The translations under genes were made by a program, and so were the position numbers. Shown piece after piece: positions 15,289 to 34,930 of a stretch of 64,000 nucleotides of DNA (the first letter of the stretch is position 1; the number at the start of each line of letters is the position of its first letter). The notes below the pieces were generated by a model, which ran no database searches, was not told the DNA's origin, and saw only the letters and a list, made by a program, of their open reading frames with translations. The stretch comes from the human T2T-CHM13v2.0 reference genome, Homo sapiens, in NCBI RefSeq assembly GCF_009914755.1, contig NC_060940.1; one strand, 5' to 3'.

Positions 15289-16497
15289 GTGTCTCTATTG
15301 GGGTTCTCCAGAGAAACAGAACCAAAAGAGTGGGTGTGTTGCAGTGTGTGCGTGTGTGCACATGCATGTGTGCGCATTTGTGTGTGTGCATGTGTGCACA
15401 TGCGTGTGCATTTGTGTGTGTGTGTGTGTGTTGGGGTGTGTGCGTGTGCGCACATGCGTGTGTGTTCATGTGTGTGCTGGGGTGTGTGCGTGTGCACATT
15501 TGTGTGTGCGTGTGTGTTGGGGTGTGTGTGCACATGCGTGTGTGCACGTGTGTTGGGGTGTGTGCGTGTGTGCACGTGCATGTGTGTGCATTTGTGTGTG
15601 CGTGTGTTGGGGTGTGTGCGTGTGTGCACGTGGTGTGCACGTGCGTGTGTGCCTGTGTGCATGCTTGTGTTGGGGTGTGTGCGTGTGTGTGCATTTGTGT
15701 TGGGGTGTGTGCATGTGTGCACCTGCATGTGTGTGCGCATGGGTGTTGGGGTGTGTGCACGTGCGTGTGTGTGCATTTGTGTGTGTGCGTGTGTGTTGGG
15801 GTGTGTGCGTGTGTGCACGTGTGTGTGCATTGGGGTGTGTGGGTGTGCACTGCGTGTGTTGTGGTGTGTGCGTGTGTGCACGTGCGTGCGTGTGTTGGAA
15901 TGTGCGTGTGTGCACGTGCGTGTATGTACATGTGTGTGCGTGTGTGTTGGGGTGTGTGCACGTGCATGTGTGTGGATTGTGTGTGTGTTGGGGTGTGTGC
16001 ACATGCATGTGTGTGTGGGTGTGTGTGGACGTGCGTGTGTGTGCATTTGTGTGTGTGCACATGCGTGTATGTGTTGGGGTGTGTGCGTGTGTGCACGTGC
16101 GTGTGTGTGCATTTGTGTGTGTGTGTGTGTGTGTGTAGAGGCATTTATTTTAAGGAATTGGCTCAAGTGATTGTGGAGGCTGACAAGTCCACAGTCTGCA
16201 GGGTGGGCCACCAGGCTGACAACCTGGGGAAGCATTGATGTTGCAGCTCAAGTCCCGGGTCGTCTGCTGGCAGAATTCCTTCTTGCTTGGGGAATATCAG
16301 TTTTTTTGCTCTGTGTTTTTTGTTCCACTGACTGGAAGAAGCCGATGTTCTGGAGGGCAGCCTGCTTTACTGGAAGTCCGCCGATCAAAATGTTCCTCTC
16401 ATTCCAAAACACCCTCATGGAAACATCCAGAATAACATTTGACAAACTTGTGGGCGCCATCGCCCACCCAATGTGATGCATAAAATTGACCATCACA
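15289..16497 (+). mobile_element. MLT2 (ERVL) LTR carrying an internal VNTR
   Basis: GGGTTCTCCAGAGAAACAGAACCAA...ATTTATTTTAAGGAATTGGCTCA..TGATTGTGGAGGCTGACAAGTCC...TAAAATTGACCATCACA. Confidence 0.88.
15331..16136 (+). repeat. ~800-bp compound (TG)-derived VNTR
   Basis: Recurring GTGTTGGGGTGTGTGC, GTGCACGTGC and GCATTTGTGTG modules. Confidence 0.92.
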
Positions 16498-17719
16498 ACA
16501 CCCAGTAACTACTTGTTGAATGACTAAATGAACCCTCCCGGGGCCAGGCAAGGCCTGCTTCTGTTAGGGCAGGTTCCTCGTTCGTGAGCGTGAACCCGGA
16601 TCTGAAAAAGCTCCCTGTGGCCCGTGGCTAGCACCTGCCCGGGTGGCCGCCTCTTACTATGACCTTAGTCCTGGGCTCCTACCTGCTCCGTGCTGGAGGA
16701 GACTAGTCCAGGCCAGGGCCAGCTTGACTCCTGCCCGCTGCTTCCGCACGCAGTCGTGCCCAGCCCTGCGGGGCATCTCCAGTTCCGGCCAGAATGCTGG
16801 TGGCCTCTCCGGAAGTGTGCCAGCTTGGTCCTCACAGGTGGTGGCCTCTGAACACCTACCACCACCTCCTGGGGAATTATGGAGAGTTTTGTTTTTCGAC
16901 ATTGACCTTGAGCCTGCAGCTTGACTTCTCTCTCATTATGTAACCTGCCACCTGGGGAGGGTTCCAAGGCTTGCCGTGCTGACCCCACCTTGCCATCGCA
17001 GGGGAGTACTTGGGACCCAGGTTACCTGTTGGCAAGTGGTGTCGCATGGGGGCTCTGGAGTCCAAGTCTGGCTGGAATCCCCACCCTGCATGGCAGGCTG
17101 AGCCTCCCTGGGCCTCAGTATCCTCAACTATAAATGGAGAAAACACTAGGACCTGCTTCAAGGCTGCTGTGGGAATCAAAGGGAAGGAGGCAGGAACTGT
17201 CTGCCGCAGGCCTGGGGTGTAGAGGGCTGTACATGAACTAAATGCTGCCACGGCCATCGGCATCCTCATCGTTGTGCGTGTGTGTGTGTGTGTGTGTGTG
17301 CGTGTGTGTGTAGGGGCATTTATTTTAAGGAATTGGCTCAAGTCCCGCCTTCCTCCCTGTCCCTCCCCTCAGGGGAAGGCTTTGGTGGGGAGGTGGTGTT
17401 CTGCCGGGGGCCGTACAATCCACCCATCTTCTTGCTACCTGTCAGCAAGTGGCTCACCCTGCCGCCACTCCAGGTGAGCTGTGGATTGAGGAACCCTAGT
17501 CCTGATCTCCCATCGGTGGTAGGAAGCCGGGCATCTGTATAGACCAAGAGCGGCAGCAGCCCAGCTAAAGTGTGGCCTTTGGCAGAATGGTTCAAGTCTG
17601 GCTCTGCCCTCTGTGACTGGACAGGAAGCTTGGCTTCTTTGGGCATCTGACTCCTCCTCTGTAAAATGAGGGTGGTGACAGCAATGCCTCCAGGACAGTG
17701 TCAAGAATGAAACGAGAGA

Positions 17720-18428
<709 letters not shown>

Positions 18429-18994
18429 GTAGGAAAGAGGCTTATCCTAGAGCCTGGCAGACAGTGAAGACCCCAAATAAAAATACACACCGAGGTGTTG
18501 TCAAGAGCGGCCTGTCCATGAGGGGTCTGGGCCCTTCTTATACTGGGCTATCCGCCGGGCACTGCGTTAACTTCTTCTTAAATAGGAACTTCACCATTTT
18601 TCGTATTTTAACGTGTGCATTTGTGCGTTCACAGAGTTGTTGCCACCGTTACCAGTATTTAATTCCAGAACTTCTCATCATCCCTCACAGAAGCTCTGTC
18701 CCCATGAGCAGTCCCTCCCTGTCCCCTCGCTTCCTTGACCACCCCTCGTCGGCTTTTACCTGTGCTGGAGGTTTCGTGTAAGTGGAATCACGCTGTGTGA
18801 GTTTGTGTGTGTGGCTTTTTTCTCTTTGCACGCGTTTTCAGGGCCCATCCATGATGTAGCGTGTTGATGCTTTGTTCCTTCTTACAGCTGAATCCTATTC
18901 CATTGTATGGAGAGACCACAGCTTATCTGCTCATCTGCTCATCCATTGAAGGACATTGGGATGTTTTCTTTCATTAACTGCCAAAACGTATTTC

Positions 18995-19627
<633 letters not shown>

Positions 19628-19859
19628 GTCTACTAGTAGAGTTTTAATGGAAGTGTGGCATACATGCGAAAATCTCATGAGTCATACATGCGCCATGAGC
19701 TGAATTTTCACAGGGTGAACACAGCCATGTAACAGCACCCAGGTCAAGAAATAGAGCATTACCACCCCCCAGAAGCCCCTTTCATGTCCCCTCCTAGACT
19801 GTCCACTCCCTGACAGTAACCAGTAATCTGACCATTAATCAGCTTTATCTCTGAGATTA

Positions 19860-20558
<699 letters not shown>

Positions 20559-23527
20559 TCATGCACGCTGTTGTATGCTGTTTTAGCTCATTCATGTTCG
20601 TTGCTGCATAGTATTCCCTGATATTCCATGGTACAAATAGAGCAAATCAGTGTATTCATTTGTGTGGGTTGCTCCCAGGTTAGGGCTGACACCATTCATG
20701 CTGCTGTGAATATTCTTGCATATGCCTCTTGGTGGACAAATGCACTCACATCTGTTGAGTCCTGGGAGTGAGACCTGAAGTCATGGGCTGTGTGTGGTCA
20801 GCTTTCATAGATGTTGCCAGTTCTACGAAGTCCTGCAAGTAAAGACCCTCTAGTTGTATCGGAGAGTTCCAGTTGTTCTACATTCTTGCCTTCCATTAAC
20901 TTTTGTTTTTAACTGTTTTATTGAAATACAATTCACATACCATACAATTCATCCATTTAAAGTTTTTTTAAAGAGCAGTTCGTGGATTCATGGGGTTGTG
21001 CAGCCATCACCACAGTCAGTTTTGGAACATTTTCATCACTCCTGAACCCCTACCTGTCAATCCCCAATCCTTCCATCCCTCAGCACTCGGGTTTTCTGTG
21101 TCTATGATTCGGGCATTTCATACAAGTTGAATCATGCAATATTTGTCTTTGGTTTGGCTTCTTTTACCCAGCATCATATTTTCAAGGTTCATGCACATTG
21201 TAGCATGTGTCAGGATCCGTTCCTTTTCATGGCTGAGTAATATTCCATCACATGGATAGACCATGTTTTGTTTAACCATTTATCATTTGATGGGCATTTG
21301 GGTTGCTTCCAACCTTTTGGCTATTGTGAACATGGCTTCTGTGAACATTCACGTGCAAGCTTTTATATGGACAGATGTTTTCCATTTCCTTGGGTAGATA
21401 TCCAGTGTGGCGGGGAGCACAAAATGTGATAACTCTAGGTTAAACTGTTTGAGGAACTGCCAGACTGCTTTCCGTGGCAGTTGCGCTATTTTACATCCTC
21501 ACCAGAGCTGTCTCTGTGCCCACGAAAACATGCCGCTCCTCCACACAGTGCTGAGCACAGGCAAATCTCTCAGGGCTTGGCGTCTTCTTGCTGGGGGGCG
21601 GGAGGGGACAAGGTAGTGTCTGCTTCGATGGTGGGGTCGGCACCTGGGCAGTGTCCAGTGTCTGCTTTGATGACGGGGTCAGCATCTGGGCAGTGTCCAG
21701 GACACCCTTGCTGGTCTGGCACGAATGCTGTGGCCACGGCAGCATCTGAAGGTGGCATCCTGCCCAGAGTCCCCAGCGGGACCTGCTGCCCACAGCCTCG
21801 GGCCCCTCACTGTGAACTGTCACGTTCCCTGGTTGGCAGGAGTCCCCGGGGAAGAACAATTGGTGTGAACTCCCCGTGCGGGGTGGGGACTGGGCGCAGG
21901 GAAGTCTCATCATTTCTAGGGAATTTCACAGAGGCCGCCCAATGGGCTGTTCCAAGGCCATGTGTGCCCAAAGCCCACTCCAGCCAGTTGGAGAAGGGGC
22001 CTCAGACGGCCCTTTGTCTTTAGTGTCTTGTAATCCAGAGAGTTCCCTTTGGAGTGGAGAAATTCCCCAGAACAAGAGGAGGGGGTTCTGGGTCCTGCCC
22101 GTGAGAACACAGAAGCTCCTAGGGGCAACACCCCTTAGATAAACACACAGAGGAGGCCACACAGCCTCACAGCCAGCAGCAGGGACGGAGCTTGGTGCCA
22201 AACACTGGATGCTGGGGGCAGGACAGGCCCCGTGGACGCGCCAGCACAGTCTCCTGCCCAAATGGGAGACCCTCAAAGGCAGCTCCCAGGGCTTCCCACT
22301 GACCTTCTGGCCCGAGCCCTGCATTCCTTGTTCTGACAAGGCCTGGGAGTTCCAGAGCCTTCCCCTCACTCCCGAGTGACCTTGGGCAAGTCCCTCCCCA
22401 TCCTGGGTCTCTGCATGCCCATCAGCGGGGCACAGGGTACACCTAGTGATGCTCAGGGCTCTCCCTGCCCTGAGCTCCCTGGGGAAGCTGCGATGAACCG
22501 CAAAGCAACCAGCTCTTTTTGGGTAAAAATCCTGCAGGCTCATTTGCCGGGTGGTGGCTGTCCCCGAGGCCATGTGAGTCTCTATTCCAGAGCCCAGGAA
22601 CGCCTGGTGGTGGAGGCCAGCCACCCTGGCCGGAGACTGCCCTGTGTCCACGGAGCCCTTGGGCCTCCCAGCGGTGGGGAGGGAGAAGGAACAGCTGCTG
22701 GAAAATGCCAGACGTCTTCATTGTGATCGGCATGAGGGTTGGCTCCAAGCACGGAGACTGGTTCTCCTTCCCTCCTTTATTTGCTCAGCTTTGAGCTCAC
22801 GGACTGACACTTACCAGGAGTTTAACAAATATTTATCGAATGAATGAATTCATTCATTTACTTATTCAATCAAGAAGATTGAAATCTTACAGTCAGAAGC
22901 TGCAGCCACAGAGGCAGCCCAAAGCTCGTTTATTAAATGCCGGCTGTGGTGGCCGTGTCCTGCCAGCATAGTCTGGTGTGGCCTCTATGGCGCCCTCGGG
23001 AGGGTGGTGACAATATAGCACAAGGTGCTCAAGCTCCTGGGATGGCTTCACCTGGAGGCTGGGGAGGCAGGGTGGGAAAGGTGAGCACCGTCATTACATG
23101 AGGGTGACTCCTGCCCAGTGACAGAGGCAAGGCTGCTGGGAACAGTGCTGGGTGACGGGCCGCCTTTCCCTCACTTGAATGCCATTCACACCCAGCTTCA
23201 TTTTTCTTCTGAGTCACATTCTTGGGCCTGGACGAGGCCATCTATTACTGGAGTTTTAAGCTGCTTTGTGAACCACAGGACAGCTGGCCGCTTGGTGAGG
23301 CCTGTTCCACCCTGGGGGCCTCGTGGTGGGGAGTGGGCAGGATTTTAAAAATCTAACCAGAGGTGACAAGCAGAGCAGCCCCAGCAGAGGGAAGACGAAT
23401 GAGGCAGGAGCCAGGGGACGTCCTGGAAAGCCCGGATCCAGGTCATTTTTTGGCTGAGAGCCACCGTGGGTCTGTGCTGGGCCAGGAAAGACCCATGACA
23501 GGAAAGGCCATTTTAATGCCCTCAGTT

Positions 23528-23833
23528 CTTTTCCTTTTTTGGGATGGAGTCTCACTCCATCACCCAGGCTGCAGTGCAGTGACAGAGTGCAGGACAGGCT
23601 CGGCTCCCTGCAGCCTCCGCCTTCCGGGTTCAAGCAATTCTCCTGCCTCAGCCTCTCGAGTAGCTGGGATTACAGGCGCCTGCCACCACGCCTGGCTAAT
23701 TTTTGTATTTTTAGTAGAGACGGGGGTTTCACCATGTTGGCCAGTCTGGTTTTGAACTCCTAACCTCAAGTGATCCGCCTGCCTCAGCCTCCCAAAGTGT
23801 TGGGATTATAAGCGTGAGCCACCGCACCCGGCC
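23528..23833 (-). mobile_element. AluS
   Basis: Antisense Alu dimer. Confidence 0.9.
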
Positions 23834-24859
23834 GATGCCTTCAGTTCTATATTTGTGCACCTTACACTCTGAGATCTCTCTCTCCAGCAGCTTCCTACCT
23901 GATTCATGAGGCCGTGATCCTCACAGGGCCTCCAGGCTTCTGGCCTTGCCCACGGCCTCCTACGAGCAATAACCACAACCCCACTGGGGCTCATGGACAG
24001 CGCACGGCCTGTAAGTAAGGCACAGGCAAGAGCACATGCAAACTTCACAGGGAGGCCTGGAAATGAGATTCTTGGAAGCTATGCTTTTCGAATAAGGAAA
24101 CAAGCTCAGAGAGGCTGAGTGTCTCTCTGAGGTCCCACAGGTGCAGGTGCTGGAGCTGGGACTTAACCCGAAGTCCTGTTCCAGAGCTCTGCCCTCGCTC
24201 CTGTTACAGGTGTAGCCCCCTGGCATGGCCCTGCTGCCTGGGCTGGGGTCTGCCCAACGCTTCTGGTTCCCACCCACACTCCCCTCCCCAGGAAGATGCC
24301 CCTGAGAAGCTGGCCCACCTGGTTCTCTGCAGTCTCTGGCGCACCTGCCCCCTGACCTTCAGCCAGGTCCTGCCTCTAGGATGTTCACTCAGGTGAGAAA
24401 GCTGTCCAGAACCATGTGTATCTAGGACCAAACTTCATTGTACACACAAACGTGCACTGCACAGTTTTACTCCGTCTGTTACCAGGAATGCAAGGATTTT
24501 GCCGATGGAGGGGAGATTGCATTGTGTTCAGAACTTTGATTCAGAACAGAGCTTTTCACACTTTGGAAAACCACATCCCCAGTGGCCAAGCGGGGTAAGG
24601 TAGGTGAGTGCTCCAGGTGCTGCACTGGGGCTGGGTGCCGCCGTTTGCTGTCATGCCCACCGTGGGCCACCGTGGCAAGCAGATGACAGCCCTGTTCTCT
24701 CTTCCCCGGGGAGGCATGGAAACCCCATTATTTTATATTTATGTTTGTTCCTTTCTCATCAGCTGCGTATTACAGTTGGGGCATTATGTGGAGTTGAAGA
24801 AGGTGTTTTGTAGGTTTCCATGCATTTCATTTCAGGATAGCAATGGACATGTAAAGTTA

Positions 24860-25141
<282 letters not shown>

Positions 25142-25192
25142 TTAAATTTTTTTTTTTTGCTCAGCCACTGCTTTTTTTTTTTAAAAGCTTTA

Positions 25193-26244
<1,052 letters not shown>

Positions 26245-26994
26245 CCCAGTGATGTTTTTATGTGATTTCTTAAAATTAGGATCCACATATTATCCACGCT
26301 GTGCATCTTGTGGTTCTGTTGCTTTTCCCTCCCTGGTCCCTTTGCCACTCCCCTAGCCTACCCCACCCTAAGACAGCAGGGACACCCACTTTCCCTGTGC
26401 AAAGCGACTTTCCCATCTCCCATCTGTGCATCCAACCAAGATTCGAGGAGCAGCCACCTCGTGCTAAGGGGTACATTCCTGAGGATGACCCTGGTCCCTG
26501 CCATGTGGACAGCAGAGTCTAGAGGAGGAGAGAGCGGAGACAAGCATTAGAAAAAGAGTGGCTGATGGCTCCAGACTCTGCTGAGAGGCGAGGAGCCTCC
26601 CCCTGCCTGCTCCTGCCTGCTCCCTCCTCCCTGCACTGATCCCTTCCTCCTGCCCCCAGTGGGCCGCCTGGTTAATTACCACTGCCTCCCAGCTTCTCCA
26701 GCTCCCACACCTCCAACTCCCCAGCCTAAGGGAGGAGCCTCCCTGGTCCCCTTCCTGAACGATATTTACATGCCAGCCACGCTCCGCTCCAGAAAGAGGA
26801 GGACTGTGGCAATTTCCTTTTTATCAATGAAGCTCAGAGAAGTCGATAACCTACCCAGAGTCACCCAGAAATGAACCTCTGGAGGCAGGATGCAAACCCA
26901 GCAGGGCCTCAGGGTCACGCTGTTTTTTCCCCTAGGGTTGAGAGAGCGGGATCCGGGTGGACACTGGAGTTCCTCCGAGCTTAGATGAGCTGTA

Positions 26995-27215
26995 TCAGGG
27001 TTTGGCAAACCACGTCCCTTGGGCCAAATCCCACTGCGGCCTGCTTTTGTAAATAAAGTTTTATTGGAACACAGCCACACCTGTGCATTGACATATTACT
27101 TATGGCTCTTCTGTTTCTCCAATGACAGAGCCCAGGGGTTGCAACAGAGACCATTTGTGCAAAAGCCAAAAATCTTCACTGTGCAGCCCTTACAGGAAAA
27201 GTTGGCCAAACCCTG
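26995..27215 (+). mobile_element. MER58A-like DNA transposon
   Basis: CAGGGTTTGGCAAAC...TTTTGTAAATAAAGTTTTATTGGAACACAGCCAC...AAAAGTTGGCCAAACCCTG. Confidence 0.85.
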
Positions 27216-27869
27216 TGCTACATGTTTAGCAGGACAAAGAGAAAGAAACCTGTAGGAGCCTCTCTTCCCCCAACCTAAATTATTTACAATTTAAATTTAA
27301 AGCCACTTTCATTTAGTGGCCTATTCTTGAACTGGCTCTGAAAAGGATTCCTTGTTCTGGAAGGCAGAGAGTGTGAGACTGTAGAGGTGAGAGTGAAAAT
27401 CTTAAGGCCTATGTCTGAATTCTAAGGATATACTTCCAAATCTGTGTGCATTCCCTGCATGAACTATTTAATTTAAATTTTTAAAAAGAGGAAGAAAATA
27501 GCCATCTCCATGGTTTTTCCTTCTCATTGCTCCAATTCCATAACAACAAGCCCTCCAGCAAGCCTCAATTTATTCAAATTCCCAAGCTGGGTTTGGAGGG
27601 GCGGGAGACGGAAATCCTGTCCCCCAGATCGAATCATGCTGTTACCAGAATGGGCTTGGTATTTTTTTCCAGCGAGTGTCTTGGTTTGTGTGAGGACAGA
27701 CGATGGTGTCACGCCCACGCTGGGTATGACAGGGGAGAGAAGTCCGCAGGGGGAGCCGGGGGACTGCCCGCTTCCTCGAAGCCTGGACTCATAAGGAGGC
27801 GTTCCCTGGTATCAACGAGCCTCTCCGAGCAACCGCCTGCCCACAGCCGGCAGGAATCAGTCCTGGCCA

Positions 27870-28290
27870 ATGAGTGCATGAATTTCCCTGGGCTGCCATA
27901 ACAAACGCCACAGCCGGGGGCTTAAGCTACAAGAATCATTCTCTCACTCTGGAGGCCAGAAGGCTGTGATCAAGGCATGGGCAAGGCTGGTTCCTTCCCA
28001 GGCCAGTGGGGGGGCACCTGGTCCAGGCCGCGCTCCTCGGCTTGTAGCCGGCACCTTCCCTCTCTGTTTCTTCACATCTTCTCTCAGGGCATGTCTGTGT
28101 CCAAATTTCCCCTTTTTATAAACACTCTGGTCATATGGGATTACAGGCCACCCTAATGACCTCATTTTAATTTGATCACCTCCCTGTCGCCAAATAAAGT
28201 CACATTCAGAGTTACAGGGGGTTATGACCAAATAAAGTCACGTTCAGAGGTACAGGGGTTATGACTTGGGGGAGTTCATATGATAGCTTC
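27870..28290 (-). mobile_element. MLT1-type MaLR LTR
   Basis: GGGCTGCCATAACAAA...TCTGGAGGCCAGAAG...CCAAATAAAGTCACATTC; 38-bp internal duplication at 28190-28265. Confidence 0.75.
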
Positions 28291-28332
28291 CCCCATGTCA
28301 GGGAGTGGACAGCAGGCTGGTCGGGTGGATGA

Positions 28333-28750
<418 letters not shown>

Positions 28751-29103
28751 TCTTTCTCCAATCGCAACCTTCTGGACTCGGTGTCACCATGGGCATCTAT
28801 GGGGCAGGCAGCCTGTGGGGGTGAACACAGTGATTCATGCTGCCTACCCCAATATGCCAACAGCGCCCTGGGAGGAATGGCTGGTGTTGCAGTTGAACCC
28901 CTGCAAGGCAGCCACTAGCATCTCGTGTTCCCTGGGTAACAGCAGGTACCCTCTCCCACTCATCCACTGGGGGGTCTTGAGGCCTCCCAGCTGAATGGGG
29001 GCTTACCCCTCCCACCCCTCAGTGAGGCACAGACTGCAACTGAACGAACCTGTCCTCCACACCCTGGCACCAGCCACCCCTCCTCAGCTTTTAAAATACT
29101 TTA

Positions 29104-29786
<683 letters not shown>

Positions 29787-29909
29787 TCAGAAGCCCTGTG
29801 AGGAAGTCCCTGTAGGGAGAATGCTCAGAGATGGGAAGTCGCTGCCCAAGGCCACACAGCTGAGACCTAAACCCTGGATATCTCCAGGGCTGTCCCGTTG
29901 ATATCTTTC

Positions 29910-30066
29910 TTTTTTTTTTCTAATTATACTTTAAGTTCTAGGGTACTTGTGCACAACGTGCAGGTTTGTTACATATGTATACATGTGCCATGTTGGTGTG
30001 CTGCACCCATTAACTCGTCATTTACATTAGGTATATCTCCTAATGCTTTCCCTCCCCCCTCCCCCC
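29910..30066 (-). mobile_element. Severely 5'-truncated L1PA (about PA4-PA5) 3' end
   Basis: ATTATACTTTAAGTTCTAGGGTAC...CATTTACATTAGGTATATCTCCTAATGCT; TSD GATATCTTTC at 29900 and 30067. Confidence 0.9.
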
Positions 30067-30499
30067 GATATCTTTCAATAACATATACACAGAGACAGCT
30101 GTCAGTGGGGACACTGCCTGGACGCCGCCCGAACACTGCCTGGATAGAGGACAGCTAGTTTGGCATTCGCTTCAGAACCATCTCGGGGAGGTAGAATGGG
30201 AGTATGGAGGAGAGAAGATGGCTCCCAGGTGGAAGCTGGTAATGAGGCCCAGGTGGGCACCCCAGGTGGCACCCTAGGTGAGCACACGGGGTTCATTACA
30301 CTCTGCCTTCTTAGATAGATGCGTGTTTGTCATTTTCCATAGTAAATGGTTTTTGTTTTTTCAATGATCTTGAGTAAGTATATGAGATAGCGTTAAATAT
30401 AAGGCAAGGCTTCCCTCCACTCCCAAAACAGATCCCTTTCAACAGCGGGTGTGGCAGATGTGGTGGAGCTAACGCAAGAACACAAGACTGGCCATGGAG

Positions 30500-31098
<599 letters not shown>

Positions 31099-31374
31099 TG
31101 AGTCTTTACAGGTTGGTCTTTTAATGATTTCACTTTGCACAACCAAGTATTGTTTGGGGAAGACACCTTGTTCTGAAACAACCTCAAATGAGGCTCTACT
31201 AAGAAATTCTGAGAGGAGAAACGGAGGGAAGCAATTACAAAGGAGGCAAAAACAAAACAAAACAACAACAAAAAACCACCCCACAGATTCAGCAGCTCTT
31301 CCTGGGGGAGGACCTCCCACTATAGATGTTGACATGAATAAGCCTTTTAAACATGTCTTTAAAAAGAAACACTG

Positions 31375-32177
<803 letters not shown>

Positions 32178-34694
32178 TGAAAAGAAGATGATGTGCTTTG
32201 GAAAACAGAATTAGAAGACTCAAGAAGTGGTTCTTGAAGATAACGGCACCAATGTTGATGACACAGGTGATGGATGTGAGTAAAGGGACCCGAATGTGAA
32301 GTGGAAGAAGCATGTCTTCTAAATTAATGCATTGCATGAGGGTGAGTCAACTGTTGCACCGTCAACCCAGACATTTACGAGAGGTGGCGCCATGGGTTTC
32401 TTCTTCACACAAGTTCTAGTTGGGTGTGTGTGGGTGGTCTTCCACATGGTGACTCAGGGCCCAGGCCCTTTCATTGTGGTGGATTCACCATCACCCAGGC
32501 TCCAGTGTCTGGGGAGGATTCCTGGCATCCAGCCAGAAGATGGGGAAGGCTGGGTGTGAGGAGTTTCCAAGGCCAGGCATGGAAGCGGTGCCCACCATTA
32601 TGTCCCAATCTCATTGGACAGACTCTGTCATGTGACTGTCCTGACTGCAACAGAGGCTGGGAAATGGAGACAACCTGTACTGTCAGGAGTAAGAGGAAGC
32701 AATTTGATGAACAACTGGCTAGTCTCTACCCCACACCCTGTCTTATCTCACTTTTGATTTCAAAATGCATTTCTAATTTAATCAATGAATTATATTTTAT
32801 AAGCACTCATGTGACTTTTCCATCCACAATCAAAACATTTACATCTTGAAGATGGATAAAAAACATTTTAGAGGATCCAGTTGGACATTGCCCTGTGTTT
32901 ACGGTTCCCTTGTATGTAAGGCACAATTGTTAGTTCTTGGTTTGGAAAGATGTTTGCATTAGATTCAGTGAAAAAAGCAAGTTAAAGAGCTCACACCTAC
33001 AGAGGTTCTACTGTCGCCCACACAACAACAACTCAGGAGGTGAGTGGCTTGGCTGGAGAGTTCAGCGTGGGACCCCCACAGCGTGGCTTCAGCATTTATT
33101 GCCTCCTGTGACCACACGGGAGGTAGAAGATGATTTTATTTTTCTGTGAAAAAAAATGTGTATATGCATGGAAAAATGTGTATAAGCAAACACCCCAAAA
33201 TATTAATAGTGACGATTCCTTGAGAATAGAAAGGGGGAAAATTTTAGCAAAATATTAGTAAACATTTTATTTGCCCATACATACGGAAAAGTGCACAAAT
33301 TGCGAACGTCCAGCTTGATGAATTTTCACAATTCCCATGTATAATCAGCACCCGATTAAGGCATAGAACATTCTAGACCTCCTTCCAGGCCCTCCCTCCT
33401 CTCCCAAGGGTGGCCAGCCCAGCTCCAAATGCCCCAGGCTAGTTTCCAAGGTTGTGGCCTCTGAGTCATCATAAACAGAGCCTCCCAGGGTCTGGCCTCT
33501 TGCACACAGACTTGTGCTGTGAGAGTCATCCTTGCTGTGTGTGCGCGAAGCTGTTCATTTCCTTGCTGTATAGTGGAGCAGAGGCGATCTCAGCTTTCCG
33601 GTATGATGATTTATATTTCTCATTAATCTTCAAAATTTTCAAAAATCAAATGGAGGAAAAAAACAAGTTGATTTTCCAACAACAAAAACCCAGCGCTGTC
33701 CTGGGACCTCTGGTCCAGGAAAAGCTGCAAAACATACCATTTCTGGCCTCGGCCAGCCTGTCTGTCTGTCAGCAGCGTCACCGCAGGCGGCTCCTCTTGG
33801 GTCCCATGATCCAACTCCAGCAGGCAGATGAGGCCTGGAGCCAGGCGGGCGGCAGCCCAGCTCCAGCTAAATATACGTGTGGGAGGCTCCTCCCGGCCTG
33901 TGGGTCCCTCCTGGCCCTTTTCTTTCCCACTAAAGCTGGAGGTTCGGGAGAACAAAGGCAGCTCCCCTGAAAGAGCCAAGGCCAGGCGGGAGGTGCCCTG
34001 GAGAGCGGCCGAGCCCGAGAGCCGGGGCAGGGCTGCCTCAGACCAGAGAGCCGGCCCTGCCAGCCATCGGCCGTCGAAGAAGGCGTGCAGCTTACGCAGA
34101 CCTCGGGTGATTTTGGAGCAAAGCTCCCAGCACTTAGCTGAAACGGAAAGGCCTCTGCAGCCTGGAGGACATATGGGGTTCCCCCTCCCCTCCGAGGCCA
34201 GGCTGCGGGCAGGCGTTCTGGAGCCTCCAGGTCTCCCACACCACCCACGCCCCGTGAGCTTGCAGGAGCTGCCTGTCTCCTGGAGTGCTTCCTCCTGACT
34301 GTGCCATGAGCACACGCGCTAGATACACGCTGGCCTTCTTGCCTTCCTAGCATGGGAAGGAGCTAGAACCAAGGGAAAGATGGGCCAGAGCGTCCCTCTG
34401 CCGTGTGGCTCAGGGGAAACAGCTCTGCTCACATCTCCAGGATCTGCCTTGGAGGCTCAGGAGGAGGTGGGTGCAGAGCCAGCCAGAGGGCTTTGCATCC
34501 CAGCCCCACTGGCCACCACCTGTGTGGTCATAGGAAAACCATTTTGCCTCTAGAGTCTCAGTTCCCTCATCTGTAAAATGGGGATGACTGTAGGACCCGA
34601 ATTATAGTGTTGTGAGAATTAAGTGGGTTAAAAAAATAAAACTCTTAGAACAATATTGGGCTCATGATAAGCACTTGATATTATTAGGTGTGCA

Positions 34695-34930
34695 AACTCA
34701 CACATGCACACATACACTAATACATACACACACACACATTCATGCATGTACACACGTACCAGTACACACATACACATACATACACAGCCATGCACACAGG
34801 GACAATTCACATATATATACGTATATACACATGCAAGCATACATATATCTATACATATGTACATTACACATGTATACACACACATGCATACAGAGACACA
34901 CTATGACACACACACACACACACGCACATG
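34695..34930 (+). repeat. Degenerate (CA/TA)n microsatellite
   Basis: Directly visible. Confidence 0.85.

Noticed and set aside
15117-16238. Overlapping 198-372 aa Cys/Val/His ORFs
   Set aside because: All frames are open because the TG VNTR lacks stop codons.
23990-24003. RE1 right half-site (ATGGACAGCGC)
   Set aside because: Left TCAGCACC half is absent.
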